64,000 bases of DNA from Verrucomicrobiota bacterium (GCA_036164015.1 JAYZJX010000088.1:2670-66669), one strand, 5' to 3'; positions 1 through 9,531 are shown, numbered from the stretch's first letter. Numbers and translations: made by a program. The notes: a model not told the origin generated them from the sequence alone.

Positions 1-1078
1 GATCTCGATGAATTACTTCTGCCCTGTTCCTTGAGGGAAATTTTTCAAGAATCTCCTGATTATTCAGACCCATGATTTCCTGAATTTCACTCGAATCAAA
101 TTTAGTAACGCCCCTAGCGATTGTCATTCCGTTTACATCCACCAAAGAAACAACATCTGATTTGATGAAATTCCCATCGATCTTGCTAATGCCGGACGCA
201 AGAAGACTTCCGCCATTTTCAAGTATAGCAGAGGTTGCTCCCTCATCAATATGTATAGTTCCTTTTGCTTTCGGGAAAAAAGCCAGCCACTTCTTCCGCT
301 GGTTTAAATCCAAGCCGGATGGAGGAAAAAAAGTACCTTCGGCTTGGTTAGACAGAATCCTAGCAAGGTCCGGAGAATTTTCACCACTTCCAATAAAAAC
401 CGCGCAACCAGATTTTGTCGCAATTTTTGCAGCTTCAATCTTGGTGCTCATTCCGCCCACGGCCGTTGCACTTGTAGTACCCTTCGCCATTTCCTCAATT
501 GCAGGTGTGATCTCTGCAACAAATGGAATAAGTTCTCCCGCCTGTGGGTGAGTCATTAATCCTCTTGCTGTTGAGAGAATAATTAGTAATTGGGAACCTG
601 TAAGAGAGCTTAGGAGTGCCGATAGAATATCGTTATCACCGAATTTAATCTCTTCATCACTCACTGAGTCATTTTCATTTACGATCGGCACCACTCCATT
701 ACAAATCAAGCTTTCTAGAGTTTCTCTGACTTTTTGTGAACGCTGATTATCTGAAAAATCTTCTCGCGTGAGCAGAACTTGTCCGGGAAGAAGTCCGACT
801 TTTTTAAAAGCATCCGTCCATGCGTTCATTAGGCAGCACTGACCAATAGCGGCACATGCTCGTAGTTCAGATAAATCCAAGGGTCTTTTAGTTAAACCAA
901 GTTTTCCCATTCCTAGTCCAACAGCTCCAGAGCTTACAACGATAGTATCAGTATCTTCTTTTTCTCGAAGAAACTTGATGCCATTGGCTATAAAATTTAG
1001 CCTAGCCTGATGGATTTCTCCGGAACCTGCAGAAAGAATTCCGGTACCAAGCTTGATTATAATCGTACGGGAATTCAT
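1..1078 (-). CDS. proB: Glutamate 5-kinase (3' end runs off window start; missed by ORF track)
   Basis: Reverse-strand translation from ATG at 1078: MNSRTIIIKLGTGILS...IVVSSGAVGLG...ACAAIGQCCLM...QVLLTREDF...PIVNENDSVSDEEIKFGDNDILSA...STSATAVGGMSTKIEAA, followed by a PUA-like C-terminal part (IDEGATSAI...GGSLLASG). Confidence 0.93.
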   Translation of the reverse strand, partial: MNSRTIIIKLGTGILSAGSGEIHQARLNFIANGIKFLREKEDTDTIVVSSGAVGLGMGKLGLTKRPLDLSELRACAAIGQCCLMNAWTDAFKKVGLLPGQVLLTREDFSDNQRSQKVRETLESLICNGVVPIVNENDSVSDEEIKFGDNDILSALLSSLTGSQLLIILSTARGLMTHPQAGELIPFVAEITPAIEEMAKGTTSATAVGGMSTKIEAAKIATKSGCAVFIGSGENSPDLARILSNQAEGTFFPPSGLDLNQRKKWLAFFPKAKGTIHIDEGATSAILENGGSLLASGISKIDGNFIKSDVVSLVDVNGMTIARGVTKFDSSEIQEIMGLNNQEILEKFPSRNRAEVIHRD

Positions 1079-1132
1079 CAAATAAGTTGGGATTGATCGG
1101 ACTAAAATCGTCCTATTTAAAAAAGAAATAGA

Positions 1133-1690
1133 TTAAATTTGACGAAGATCTTTTTCTTTGGTGCTTAGGGCTTGGTTGATCTGTTCAACCGCATCGTCAG
1201 TTGCTTTTTGCACATCCTTCTCCGCCCTTTTAAAATCGTCTTCAGGAAGACCATCCTTTTGTGCTTCTTTCAAGGAGTCCATGGCATCTTTGCGGGATGC
1301 CCTGATACCAATCCTTCCTTGTTCAGCAAACCCTTGAGCCATTTTACATAGCTCCTCCCGTCTTTCTCCGCTTAGTTCAGGAATGGGTAGTCTGATGATC
1401 TCTCCAGTGACAACTGGGCTAATTCCTAATTTAGCTTCTATCAATGCCTTTTCTATAGGTGCTGTAGTAGATTTATCCCATGGTTGGATCTGAATCGTGC
1501 GAGCATCTGGAGTAGTGATGGCTGCGACATCTCGTAATTTCATGTTCGACCCATAAACATCCACAGTTACAGCTTCGACCATTGAGGTGTTAGCTTTACC
1601 TGTATGAAGGGTGTTAAACTCATTGGTGACATGCTCAACGGATTTCTGCATATCCTGATTCATGACAGAGAAGATTTCTTCGGTTTCCAT
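1133..1690 (-). CDS. frr: Ribosome recycling factor
   Basis: LHTGKAN, IQPWDKS, IRLPIPELSGERR motifs; downstream of pyrH. Confidence 0.97.
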   Translation of the reverse strand: METEEIFSVMNQDMQKSVEHVTNEFNTLHTGKANTSMVEAVTVDVYGSNMKLRDVAAITTPDARTIQIQPWDKSTTAPIEKALIEAKLGISPVVTGEIIRLPIPELSGERREELCKMAQGFAEQGRIGIRASRKDAMDSLKEAQKDGLPEDDFKRAEKDVQKATDDAVEQINQALSTKEKDLRQI

Positions 1691-1728
1691 TTTTATTTAC
1701 TATTAGTTTTTTTAAAAAATTATTGGCT

Positions 1729-2451
1729 TTAGCTGACGATGGTACCTATTTTCTCACCACAAACAGCTTGGCGAATTGAATAGTTTTGTTGCAAATCAAA
1801 TACTAAAATGGGCATGCCGTTATCCATACAAAGTGAGAAAGCAGTGGAATCCATAACGGACAATCTTTTTTCTAGGCAGTCCATGTAAGAAAGTGAGTCA
1901 AATTTTACCGCATCATCAAACTTATGAGGGTCCTTGTCGTAAATCCCGTCAACTTTAGTTGCTTTTAAAATTACTTCGGCTGAAATCTCGCTTGCCCGGA
2001 GAGCAGCAGTTGTATCTGTAGAGAAATAGGGGTTTCCAGTTCCAGAAACAAATATTACTATTCGGCCTCGCTCAAGATGACGAATTGCACGTCTTTGGAT
2101 ATAGGGCTCAGCAAGCTTGTCCATTGGAATTGCACTTTGTACTCTTACAACAGCCCCAATTTTTTCTAGCCGATCCATCAAGGCCAATCCATTAATTACA
2201 GTCGCAAGCATGCCCATCGAATCCCCTGTGGTTCGATCGATACCCTTATCGCTGCCTTGTAAACCACGGAAAATATTTCCTCCTCCAACTACTAAACCGA
2301 TCTCTACACCCATGTCAGCTACGGCTTTTATTTCTTTACAGATATTTTCCAAGGATTTTGCATGAATCGGTTCACCTTCTTCTCGACTTCCAAGGATTTC
2401 TCCACTGATTTTAAGAATGATCCTCTTGTACTTAGTTTTATCCATAATCAT
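1729..2451 (-). CDS. pyrH: UMP kinase
   Basis: [39 protein letters not shown] motifs; start could be 2445. Confidence 0.97.
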   Translation of the reverse strand: MIMDKTKYKRIILKISGEILGSREEGEPIHAKSLENICKEIKAVADMGVEIGLVVGGGNIFRGLQGSDKGIDRTTGDSMGMLATVINGLALMDRLEKIGAVVRVQSAIPMDKLAEPYIQRRAIRHLERGRIVIFVSGTGNPYFSTDTTAALRASEISAEVILKATKVDGIYDKDPHKFDDAVKFDSLSYMDCLEKRLSVMDSTAFSLCMDNGMPILVFDLQQNYSIRQAVCGEKIGTIVS

Positions 2452-2471
2452 TTAGAGATGATCCAACTCAC

Positions 2472-2499
2472 TTGACTTTGTTGGACTCATTTTCATACT
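2472..2499 (+). promoter_or_regulatory. Sigma70-like promoter of tRNA-Gln
   Basis: TTGACT-N16-CATACT ending 10 nt before the tRNA 5' end. Confidence 0.6.
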
Positions 2500-2509
2500 T
2501 AGATGTTGT

Positions 2510-2583
2510 AGCCTGGTGGTGTAATGGTAGCACAGAGGTTTTTGGTACCTTTAGTTGGGGTTCGAGTCCCTGCCGGGCTGCCA
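2510..2583 (+). tRNA. tRNA-Gln (anticodon TTG), CCA encoded
   Basis: Cloverleaf: AGCCTGG/CCGGGCT acceptor, GTGT/GCAC D-stem, GAGGT-TT[TTG]GT-ACCTT anticodon arm, TGGGG-TTCGAGT-CCCTG T-arm, G discriminator, CCA. Confidence 0.95.
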
Positions 2584-2611
2584 CCTATACCAAAAACGCC
2601 TTCGCTCACAT

Positions 2612-4063
2612 TTAATTATCAGACGGTAGATCAAAAGGATTAAATCCATCTGAAGATGGGGTTGCTTCCGGAGGTGTGCTAAAAACATTTTCCAATGGAA
2701 CTGAGCTTTCGTTAAAATCCTCAATAACTGAGCCTACGGGTTTGGAATCTGGAGTATCAGCAGCGGGAGGGAGTGGATCATTCTCAAACGGATTGAAGGT
2801 AGGAGCAGGAGGAGGCGGCGGGGGTGCTACAGGAATTTCGGGAGCAGGTGCAGGTTCCTGGGTTGGAACAGGAGTATCTGCAGCAGGAGGGATTGGGTCG
2901 TTCTCAAAAGGGTCGAAGGTGGGAGCAGGAGGCGGAGGAGGGGGTGCCACAGGAATTTCGGGAGAAGAAGCTTCTGGGATATCAGGAATATTATTTACTG
3001 GATTCGATACACCTCCCTCAGCAGTTGTATTATCTTTGGAAAAAGGATCATACTTTGTGTTTGTCTCTGTTGGCTTGGAAGAAGGTTCAATTGTTGAGGT
3101 AACATCTTGATTTACTGGTGAAGGAATAGAATTAGTCTTTTCAGCATTCTCTTTAACAGGGGGAGCTTCCTTGCGGTTTGGAGTATTAACAGGAATAAAG
3201 TTATTTCCTGTCAACAAATCCATAACAGGTACGCCTTTTTCAAAGCGAAGTTCAGAAATTTTCTGCCCATTTACATTCCATTCCGAACAAACTCCGTGCT
3301 CCAAATCGTTTTGAAAGTTGTACTCAAATTGCATCTGTCCATCTGAAAACCATCCCTTAGAGTTTCCTTCCATTTTACCGTTTACGAATAAAGCAGTAAG
3401 TCTTTTGTTTCCATTTTCATACCAAATAGTTCTTTGCCCGTCCTGTTTGTCGTTTTTGTAAAAAAGATCTAGTTTTTTCTTCCCGGATTCGTAAAATTCG
3501 GAAGAAGATCCTTGCCTAATGCCGCTACTGTAAACTGTGGATGCCTTCTTATTTCCATTTGTATACCATTCGACTACTTGACCATCAATTCTGTCGTTTT
3601 GAAATGGCATTTCCATCGCTTTTTGGCCATTGGGGTACCATTCAGACTTTAGGCCGTGACGTCTACCACTTGCATAGTTCTCTTCTGTTAGTAGTTCGCC
3701 CGTAATACGGAATTCCCGAGTTGTGCCATCCTTTAGTCCATTACGATAGTAGGATTCCCTTCTAATTTTACCGTTATAGAAATATTCACTGGTTAGGCCA
3801 TGGCGCTTACCATTTTTCCAAGAAGATACTGATTTTGTGGGACTTTGCTCGAATGTTTCAATGGCTTTTCCGGAAAACAATTGTTTTCCCCCGCTAGTAT
3901 TTCCAGTTTTACTATTACGAACGAGGCCATCACCATCCATGTCTAAAGTGTTTAGCATTACAACTCCATTACCAGATGAATCAGTGAAGGTTCCGGTTTG
4001 CACACAAGATGAAAATAAAAAAACTACTATGGTGAGATACAAAAAGGATAGCGAATTTTTCAT
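2612..4063 (-). CDS. Lipoprotein with MORN-variant (MORN_2) repeats and a Pro-rich, NPF/DPF-containing disordered tail
   Basis: Lipobox LFSSC; about 8 repeats of type GkkhGlxxeWYxNGqK; C-terminal ~190 aa rich in P/S/E/D. Confidence 0.85.
   Translation of the reverse strand: MKNSLSFLYLTIVVFLFSSCVQTGTFTDSSGNGVVMLNTLDMDGDGLVRNSKTGNTSGGKQLFSGKAIETFEQSPTKSVSSWKNGKRHGLTSEYFYNGKIRRESYYRNGLKDGTTREFRITGELLTEENYASGRRHGLKSEWYPNGQKAMEMPFQNDRIDGQVVEWYTNGNKKASTVYSSGIRQGSSSEFYESGKKKLDLFYKNDKQDGQRTIWYENGNKRLTALFVNGKMEGNSKGWFSDGQMQFEYNFQNDLEHGVCSEWNVNGQKISELRFEKGVPVMDLLTGNNFIPVNTPNRKEAPPVKENAEKTNSIPSPVNQDVTSTIEPSSKPTETNTKYDPFSKDNTTAEGGVSNPVNNIPDIPEASSPEIPVAPPPPPPAPTFDPFENDPIPPAADTPVPTQEPAPAPEIPVAPPPPPPAPTFNPFENDPLPPAADTPDSKPVGSVIEDFNESSVPLENVFSTPPEATPSSDGFNPFDLPSDN
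2751..2963. repeat. Intragenic direct repeat, 2 x ~93 bp with a 120 bp period
   Basis: 2751-2843 and 2871-2963 both encode PEIPVAPPPPPPAPTF(D/N)PFENDP(I/L)PPAADTP on the minus strand. Confidence 0.9.
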
Positions 4064-4099
4064 AACGCAAATGATGGCTTTACCTCAGATTTCTTGCAA
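4064..4099 (-). promoter_or_regulatory. Sigma70-like promoter abutting the start codon (leaderless geometry)
   Basis: Minus strand TTGCAA-N17-CATCAT-N7-ATG. Confidence 0.5.
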
Positions 4100-4221
4100 G
4101 AGGTTTTTCACATCCTTGAACACCTCAAAAATTTTTCTTTAAATATATATTATTGAAGATGAAACTGAACTTTTAAAATATAGACTTAAACTAATTAATG
4201 GAAGCTCCCAATCGTTTGTCC

Positions 4222-4617
4222 CTATTTGAATTGAGAGAAAAATTCCTCCAAATCTCTTCTCTTTTTTTTAGATGGCCTTCCTTTAGACTGTTTTACTCCA
4301 GAAACAATCGGAGTTAAAAAATTTCTATTGGCCTTACCTTTTTGAATCTCCTCTAAAGGGGTAATTTCAATGAGATAGTTGTTAATAAGTTTTGCTGACA
4401 CTCTTTTGTCTAAAATTCCTAAAACCCTAAATTTTTTTTGAATTTTGCCACATTTGCAAGAAACGATATCTCCAGCAACCAAGTCTTTCGCTGGTTTTGC
4501 TAGCGAATCATTTATTTTAACCCAATTTCTCTTACAGGCATCAGTTGCGAGCGTCCGTGTCTTATAAATTCTTACTGACCATAACCAGCGATCAATCCTT
4601 ACTTTCTCAATCGACAT
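4222..4617 (-). CDS. hslR: S4-domain ribosome-associated heat-shock protein Hsp15
   Basis: VRIDRWLWSVRIYKTRTLA...GRPSKKKRRDL. Confidence 0.9.
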   Translation of the reverse strand: MSIEKVRIDRWLWSVRIYKTRTLATDACKRNWVKINDSLAKPAKDLVAGDIVSCKCGKIQKKFRVLGILDKRVSAKLINNYLIEITPLEEIQKGKANRNFLTPIVSGVKQSKGRPSKKKRRDLEEFFSQFK

Positions 4618-4620
4618 AAA

Positions 4621-5061
4621 TTATTCATTATTAATAGGTGAAACACGAATTTCCATAGCCATTGCTTTACCATTTTTTAAGAGTACTTTGAATTGCTTTT
4701 GTTCTTTGCTCGGCAGAATTATTTCCTTAATTTTGGAAGCCTCTATTCCTGATTTTTGAAAAACAAAGGGGAGATAGTTTAAAACTTCGGCAGGGTAATC
4801 AAAGAAATCAGGTATCAGAAAATCTCTTTTCGAAAGTTCTAGTCCAAGCATTATGAATGTAAATCTTTCCTCATCGGATAAATTTAAACCTCGTGCTATA
4901 CGATTAAGCGTTTTGCTTCCTGCAATGCGAATACCATTTTCAATATCATTAACAATCGAGGTAGCAACCCCGCTGACTCCTGCTAACTGAGGTTGCGTCA
5001 GATTTGCTTTTTTTCGGTAATCTTTTAAGAGCTTTCCAATCTTATTTTTAATTTTTTTCAC
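4621..5061 (-). CDS. XRE/Cro-family HTH transcriptional regulator
   Basis: IGKLLKDYRKKANLTQPQLAGVSGVATSIVNDIENG HTH_3 pattern; GTG at 5061 preferred over the ORF-track start 5100 because a promoter lies between them. Confidence 0.85.
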   Translation of the reverse strand: MKKIKNKIGKLLKDYRKKANLTQPQLAGVSGVATSIVNDIENGIRIAGSKTLNRIARGLNLSDEERFTFIMLGLELSKRDFLIPDFFDYPAEVLNYLPFVFQKSGIEASKIKEIILPSKEQKQFKVLLKNGKAMAMEIRVSPINNE

Positions 5062-5096
5062 ACAACCATTTTTGGTGGTTGTGCTTTGAAATGCAA
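5061..5096 (-). promoter_or_regulatory. Promoter with an overlapping perfect palindromic operator (putative XRE autoregulation site)
   Basis: Minus strand TTGCAT-N17-AAAAAT-N6-GTG; inverted repeat CACAACCA-N7-TGGTTGTG at 5061-5083 covers the -10 element and start. Confidence 0.65.
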
Positions 5097-5109
5097 GCAA
5101 ATCAGATGA

Positions 5110-6489
5110 TTATCTATTTTGAATTATTTTTGCTTTGAAAATACTTCCTTCAATGAGGCTGTTGTTGGCTTCATCAACTTCTAGCAGTTTAATTAAGATT
5201 GTACTGTTTTCTTCAAATGCAACCTTAGGAATCATGCTTTCTGTAGCATTGCTTGAATTGTTATTTTCCTGAATTACTTGGCTAGAAATAGTAATTTCAT
5301 TATCAAACCAATTTAGTGAATCTTTGATTACTTCTTGATATTTCCAAGCTAAAATGCCACCCACACAAATCATGATAATAATCAGCAAAAGAATAAAGCT
5401 AGCCAATGTATCTGTTTTAGGTTTCGCAGGCCGTTGACCTTGAATATTTTCATCCCAATCCTGCCATTCTCGCATAGCCTTACTCCTTTCGATAAATGAA
5501 CCTAAAAGGATGGCAAATTCGTACAGGACATAAAGGGGGATTGTAAGAATGCAAAGACTTACTGGATCTCCTCCTGGAGTTATCAATGCCGCTGAAACCA
5601 TAAGGATTACTAGAACCAATCTTCTACTGGCTCGGAGTTTGGCAACTGACAAAATTCCGATTCGTATGAGCAATATCAAAACAAGGGGAAATTGAAAAGC
5701 GATTCCTACGGCAAAAGTCATCCATATGACTGTGCTGTAGTAATTCCCGGCCTCCGGTCTGTAGACATCGAGACCAAGCACATTGAAAGAGAATTCTATG
5801 GTAAAGGCAAGAGACAGAGGAAGAATGAAAAAGTATGTCATCGATGCACCAGCCAAAAATAAAAAAGTTGCAGCAATACACCCCGGGAAAAAAACTTTCT
5901 TCTCTTGAGGAGTTAGACCAGGAACAACAAAACTTCCCACAAAATAAAGAATCATTGGCAGTGAAAGTCCGATCCCACCAAGAAAACAAATCTTCATGGC
6001 AATGAAAATGGGTGAATATGAACGGATAACCTGTAGCAAATTACGATTACTCCCATTTGCGAAATGAGTAATAATTCGAGTTTGATGGTGGGGGTCGGAA
6101 ATTCCCCAGCTGGCGAGATCTGCTTCTCTTGCATTACGCAATTCTCCCAGTCCGATCTCTTGATTTTCTAACGGTTTAGTATATTGCTCAAGACCAATTG
6201 ATTGAAGATCTATGCCAATCTCTCCAAAATCTTCAACAGCTTTAATCAGTGGCATTTGTAAAAGTTTTACGGAGTCCTGCATAAAAATTGCCACTCCAAT
6301 ACATCCTAAAAGAAAAGCGACTACTGATTTTAGAATTACCCAGCGTAACTCTTCAAGATGCTCCAGGAAGTGCATTTCGTTCGGATTTGCTTTAGGATTT
6401 TTCGGTTTCTTTTTGAGGATACCGCTCAAGCCTTCTTCCCGAAATCTGTCACCGAAGCTAGCAGGTCTGTGATCTTTGGATGATGCCAT
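5110..6489 (-). CDS. tatC: Twin-arginine translocase TatC with a SAM-like periplasmic insertion and an extra C-terminal TM/domain
   Basis: MHFLEHLEELR, FVVPGLTPQEKK, FQFPLV, SAALITPGGDPVSLCILTIPLYVLYE; 459 aa versus ~250-270 aa for a typical TatC. Confidence 0.93.
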   Translation of the reverse strand: MASSKDHRPASFGDRFREEGLSGILKKKPKNPKANPNEMHFLEHLEELRWVILKSVVAFLLGCIGVAIFMQDSVKLLQMPLIKAVEDFGEIGIDLQSIGLEQYTKPLENQEIGLGELRNAREADLASWGISDPHHQTRIITHFANGSNRNLLQVIRSYSPIFIAMKICFLGGIGLSLPMILYFVGSFVVPGLTPQEKKVFFPGCIAATFLFLAGASMTYFFILPLSLAFTIEFSFNVLGLDVYRPEAGNYYSTVIWMTFAVGIAFQFPLVLILLIRIGILSVAKLRASRRLVLVILMVSAALITPGGDPVSLCILTIPLYVLYEFAILLGSFIERSKAMREWQDWDENIQGQRPAKPKTDTLASFILLLIIIMICVGGILAWKYQEVIKDSLNWFDNEITISSQVIQENNNSSNATESMIPKVAFEENSTILIKLLEVDEANNSLIEGSIFKAKIIQNR

Positions 6490-6716
6490 CGATTAGGGTT
6501 GGGTAATTTATTAAGAAAAGGAAAATCAATTAAGAAGAATTTCTTTGAAATGGTCGATGCAGAAATCACATTTAAACTTACCTTTAAAAGTTAAGATTTT
6601 AAAGTCGTCCGTTGACAAAACCTCATAAAAATAAGAGAAAGTTTCTTTATTTTTAACAGCCTGTAGCATGAAATGATTGTTACTTGCCCTAACTAAAAAG
6701 CTAAACTCAACCCTCT

Positions 6717-9506
6717 ATGGCACAGAAAAAAAAGGCGAAAACACCAACCAAGAAAGCAAAAGCAAAGGCTACAACTAAGCGAGCCTCCCAAAGCACCTCA
6801 AAGAAAGAAGTCAAATATGTTTATGACTTTGGAAAGAAGACAGATGGAGATGCGAAGCAAAGGGAACTGCTTGGGGGCAAAGGGGCTAACTTAGCGGAAA
6901 TGGCAAGAATTGGACTCCCTGTTCCTCCGGGATTCACTATCACCACAGAAGTTTGTACTTATTTTTATAATAATAAAAGAAGTTATCCTAAGTCATTGGA
7001 CGGGCAGATGAGGTCGTCAGTTGAACTGATGGAAAAACAGCTTGGAAAAAAGTTGGGCGATACCAAAAAGCCATTGCTCCTTTCTGTTCGCTCTGGTGCG
7101 AGAGATTCTATGCCGGGCATGATGGACACCATCCTCAACCTTGGATTGAATGACGAAACAGTCGAAGCTTTGGCAACTGCTTCGGGCAACTCGCGCTTTG
7201 CATGGGATTGTTATCGACGCTTCATACAAATGTATGGAGATGTGGTCATGGGAGTGCAAAAATTGCCCAGTGAAGACCACGACCCTTTTGAAGCAATCAT
7301 TGAAAGTTTCAAAAAGGAAATTTTCCCAAAGGAAAAAGGGGAAGTTGATGATTCCCGTATCACCACTGAGCAGATGAAGGAGTTGGTTGGTCGTTTCAAA
7401 AACCTTGTAAAGAAACGTTCCGGTAAGGACTTTCCTACCTGTCCTTGGGAGCAACTCGAGGGTTCAGTCGGTGCAGTTTTCAGTTCTTGGATGAATGATC
7501 GTGCCATCGTTTATCGTCGCAAATACGGTATCCCCGCAGAATGGGGTACTGCCGTGAATGTTCAGGCAATGGTATTTGGTAACACTGGAAAGAAATCGGG
7601 TTCAGGAGTTGGTTTTACGCGTGACCCTGCATCAGGTGAAAAGGTTCTTTATGGCGAGTTCCTTACAGATGCACAGGGCGAAGATGTGGTTGCAGGAGTG
7701 CGGACTCCACAGCCTGTTGCTAAACTTAAAAGAGTACTGCCAAAGCCCTTCAAGGAGTTGGTACTTGTTCAGAAAAAACTGGAAAAGCATTTTAAGGACA
7801 TGCAAGACTTCGAATTTACTATCGAGGAAGAAAAGTTGTATATGTTGCAAACCCGTAATGGGAAAAGGACTGGATTAGCAGCTGTGCGTATTGCCACAGA
7901 AATGGTTAAAGAAAAACTTATTGATTGGAAAACAGCTATCAAGAGAGTGCCAGCTGAACAGCTTGATCAGGTATTGGCCCCCGTATTTGACGCAGCTGCC
8001 CAAAAGTCTGCCAAGAAGCTTTGCAAAGGTCTGCCAGCAGGTCCCGGTGCTGCTTCCGGTAAAATCTGCATGAATGCAGAGCGTGCAGTGGAGGCAGCAA
8101 AGAAAGGACCTGTCCTTTTGGTACGTCAGGAAACCTCACCCGAAGATTTGCGCGGAATGATTGCTGCTGAAGGGATTCTAACTGCCCGCGGAGGAGTTTC
8201 TTCACACGCTGCACTTGTGGCCAGACAAATGGGTAAGGTGTGTGTCTGTGGTGCTGCTGACTTGGATATCGATTACAAATCCCGAACGGTGAAAGTTAAT
8301 GGCTCAACTTACAAAGAGGGTGAATATCTCTCCATTAACGGAACCACTGGAGAAATCTTTGCAGGAGAGTTGAAAACTGCACCTTCCGAAATTATTCAGG
8401 TCCTTATTGATAAGAAATTGAATCCAAAGAAGAGTCGTGATTACAGAAACTTTTCTCAATTGATGGATTGGTGTGAAAAGGCAACCAAGATGAATGTTCG
8501 TACTAACGCAGATTCTCCGTCTCAAGTTGCCAATGCTATTGCCTTCGGTGCTTCCGGGATTGGACTTTGCAGAACTGAGCATATGTTCTTCGAAGGAAAC
8601 CGTATTGATGCAATGCGTCAAATGATTCTTGCTGATAATGAAGTTGATCGCCGTAAAGCTCTTAAGAAACTTCTTCCTTATCAGAGAAGAGATTTTCAAG
8701 GAATCTTTAAAGCTCTTGCAGGACGTCCAGCAACTATCCGTTTGTTAGATCCACCTTTACATGAATTCCTGCCTCATGATCAGGCAGCACAGCGAGACTT
8801 GGCTAAGAAACTGGGTGTAACATTAGCTGCTATCAAAAAGCGTGTTGAAGATCTTCACGAATTCAATCCAATGCTTGGACATCGTGGTTGCCGCCTCGGT
8901 ATTTCCTATTCAGAAATCACTGAGATGCAGGCACAAGCGATCTTAGAGGCCGCAATTTTAGTTCAAAAAAGTGGCATCGAGGTAAATCCTGAAATCATGG
9001 TTCCATTGGTCGGATTTCCTAAAGAGTTGGAGATTCAGGTTGATGTTATTCACGAAACTGCAAAGAAAGTCTTTGCCGCTAAAGGTGAAAAAGTTAAATA
9101 CATGGTCGGTACGATGATCGAGATCCCTCGTGCGGCATTGGTCGCTGATGAGATTGCAAAGACTGCTCAGTTCTTTAGTTTTGGAACAAATGATCTTACT
9201 CAGACAACAATGGGTATGAGTCGAGATGATTCCGGTAGCTTCCTTCCAAATTACACTGAGCTTGATATCATTGATGCAAATCCATTTGCCAGCGTAGATC
9301 AAAGTGGAGTTGGACAGCTTATGGAAATTGGAGTGAAGAGAGGAAAATCTTCCCGTCGTGGAATTAAACTTGGAATTTGCGGAGAGCATGGAGGAGACCC
9401 CAAGAGTGTAGAGTTCTGCCATAAGATTGGACTGAATTATGTCAGTTGCTCACCTTTCCGTGTTCCAACTGCTAGACTAGCAGCTGCTCAGGCGGCGGTC
9501 AGTTGA
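6717..9506 (+). CDS. ppdK: Pyruvate phosphate dikinase
   Basis: [44 protein letters not shown] (phospho-His), [19 protein letters not shown]. Confidence 0.98.
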   Translation: MAQKKKAKTPTKKAKAKATTKRASQSTSKKEVKYVYDFGKKTDGDAKQRELLGGKGANLAEMARIGLPVPPGFTITTEVCTYFYNNKRSYPKSLDGQMRSSVELMEKQLGKKLGDTKKPLLLSVRSGARDSMPGMMDTILNLGLNDETVEALATASGNSRFAWDCYRRFIQMYGDVVMGVQKLPSEDHDPFEAIIESFKKEIFPKEKGEVDDSRITTEQMKELVGRFKNLVKKRSGKDFPTCPWEQLEGSVGAVFSSWMNDRAIVYRRKYGIPAEWGTAVNVQAMVFGNTGKKSGSGVGFTRDPASGEKVLYGEFLTDAQGEDVVAGVRTPQPVAKLKRVLPKPFKELVLVQKKLEKHFKDMQDFEFTIEEEKLYMLQTRNGKRTGLAAVRIATEMVKEKLIDWKTAIKRVPAEQLDQVLAPVFDAAAQKSAKKLCKGLPAGPGAASGKICMNAERAVEAAKKGPVLLVRQETSPEDLRGMIAAEGILTARGGVSSHAALVARQMGKVCVCGAADLDIDYKSRTVKVNGSTYKEGEYLSINGTTGEIFAGELKTAPSEIIQVLIDKKLNPKKSRDYRNFSQLMDWCEKATKMNVRTNADSPSQVANAIAFGASGIGLCRTEHMFFEGNRIDAMRQMILADNEVDRRKALKKLLPYQRRDFQGIFKALAGRPATIRLLDPPLHEFLPHDQAAQRDLAKKLGVTLAAIKKRVEDLHEFNPMLGHRGCRLGISYSEITEMQAQAILEAAILVQKSGIEVNPEIMVPLVGFPKELEIQVDVIHETAKKVFAAKGEKVKYMVGTMIEIPRAALVADEIAKTAQFFSFGTNDLTQTTMGMSRDDSGSFLPNYTELDIIDANPFASVDQSGVGQLMEIGVKRGKSSRRGIKLGICGEHGGDPKSVEFCHKIGLNYVSCSPFRVPTARLAAAQAAVS

Positions 9507-9531
9507 TTATCAATCATTTGATTAATTCTTT

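Noticed and set aside
162-559. Plus-strand ORFs at the window start and the many short antisense ORFs within ppdK, clpB, pyrG, sdhA and the giant gene
   Set aside because: They are shadows of well-supported genes on the other strand or frame (here proB) and have no recognisable motifs.
2676-3110. Gly-rich antisense ORFs here and at 28127-28675
   Set aside because: Mirror images of Pro-rich repeat coding on the opposite strand; no independent coding evidence.
2612-4063. YwqK-type antitoxin / toxin-antitoxin call for the MORN-variant proteins
   Set aside because: They are lipoproteins with long tails and no adjacent toxin gene; the similarity reflects the repeat only.
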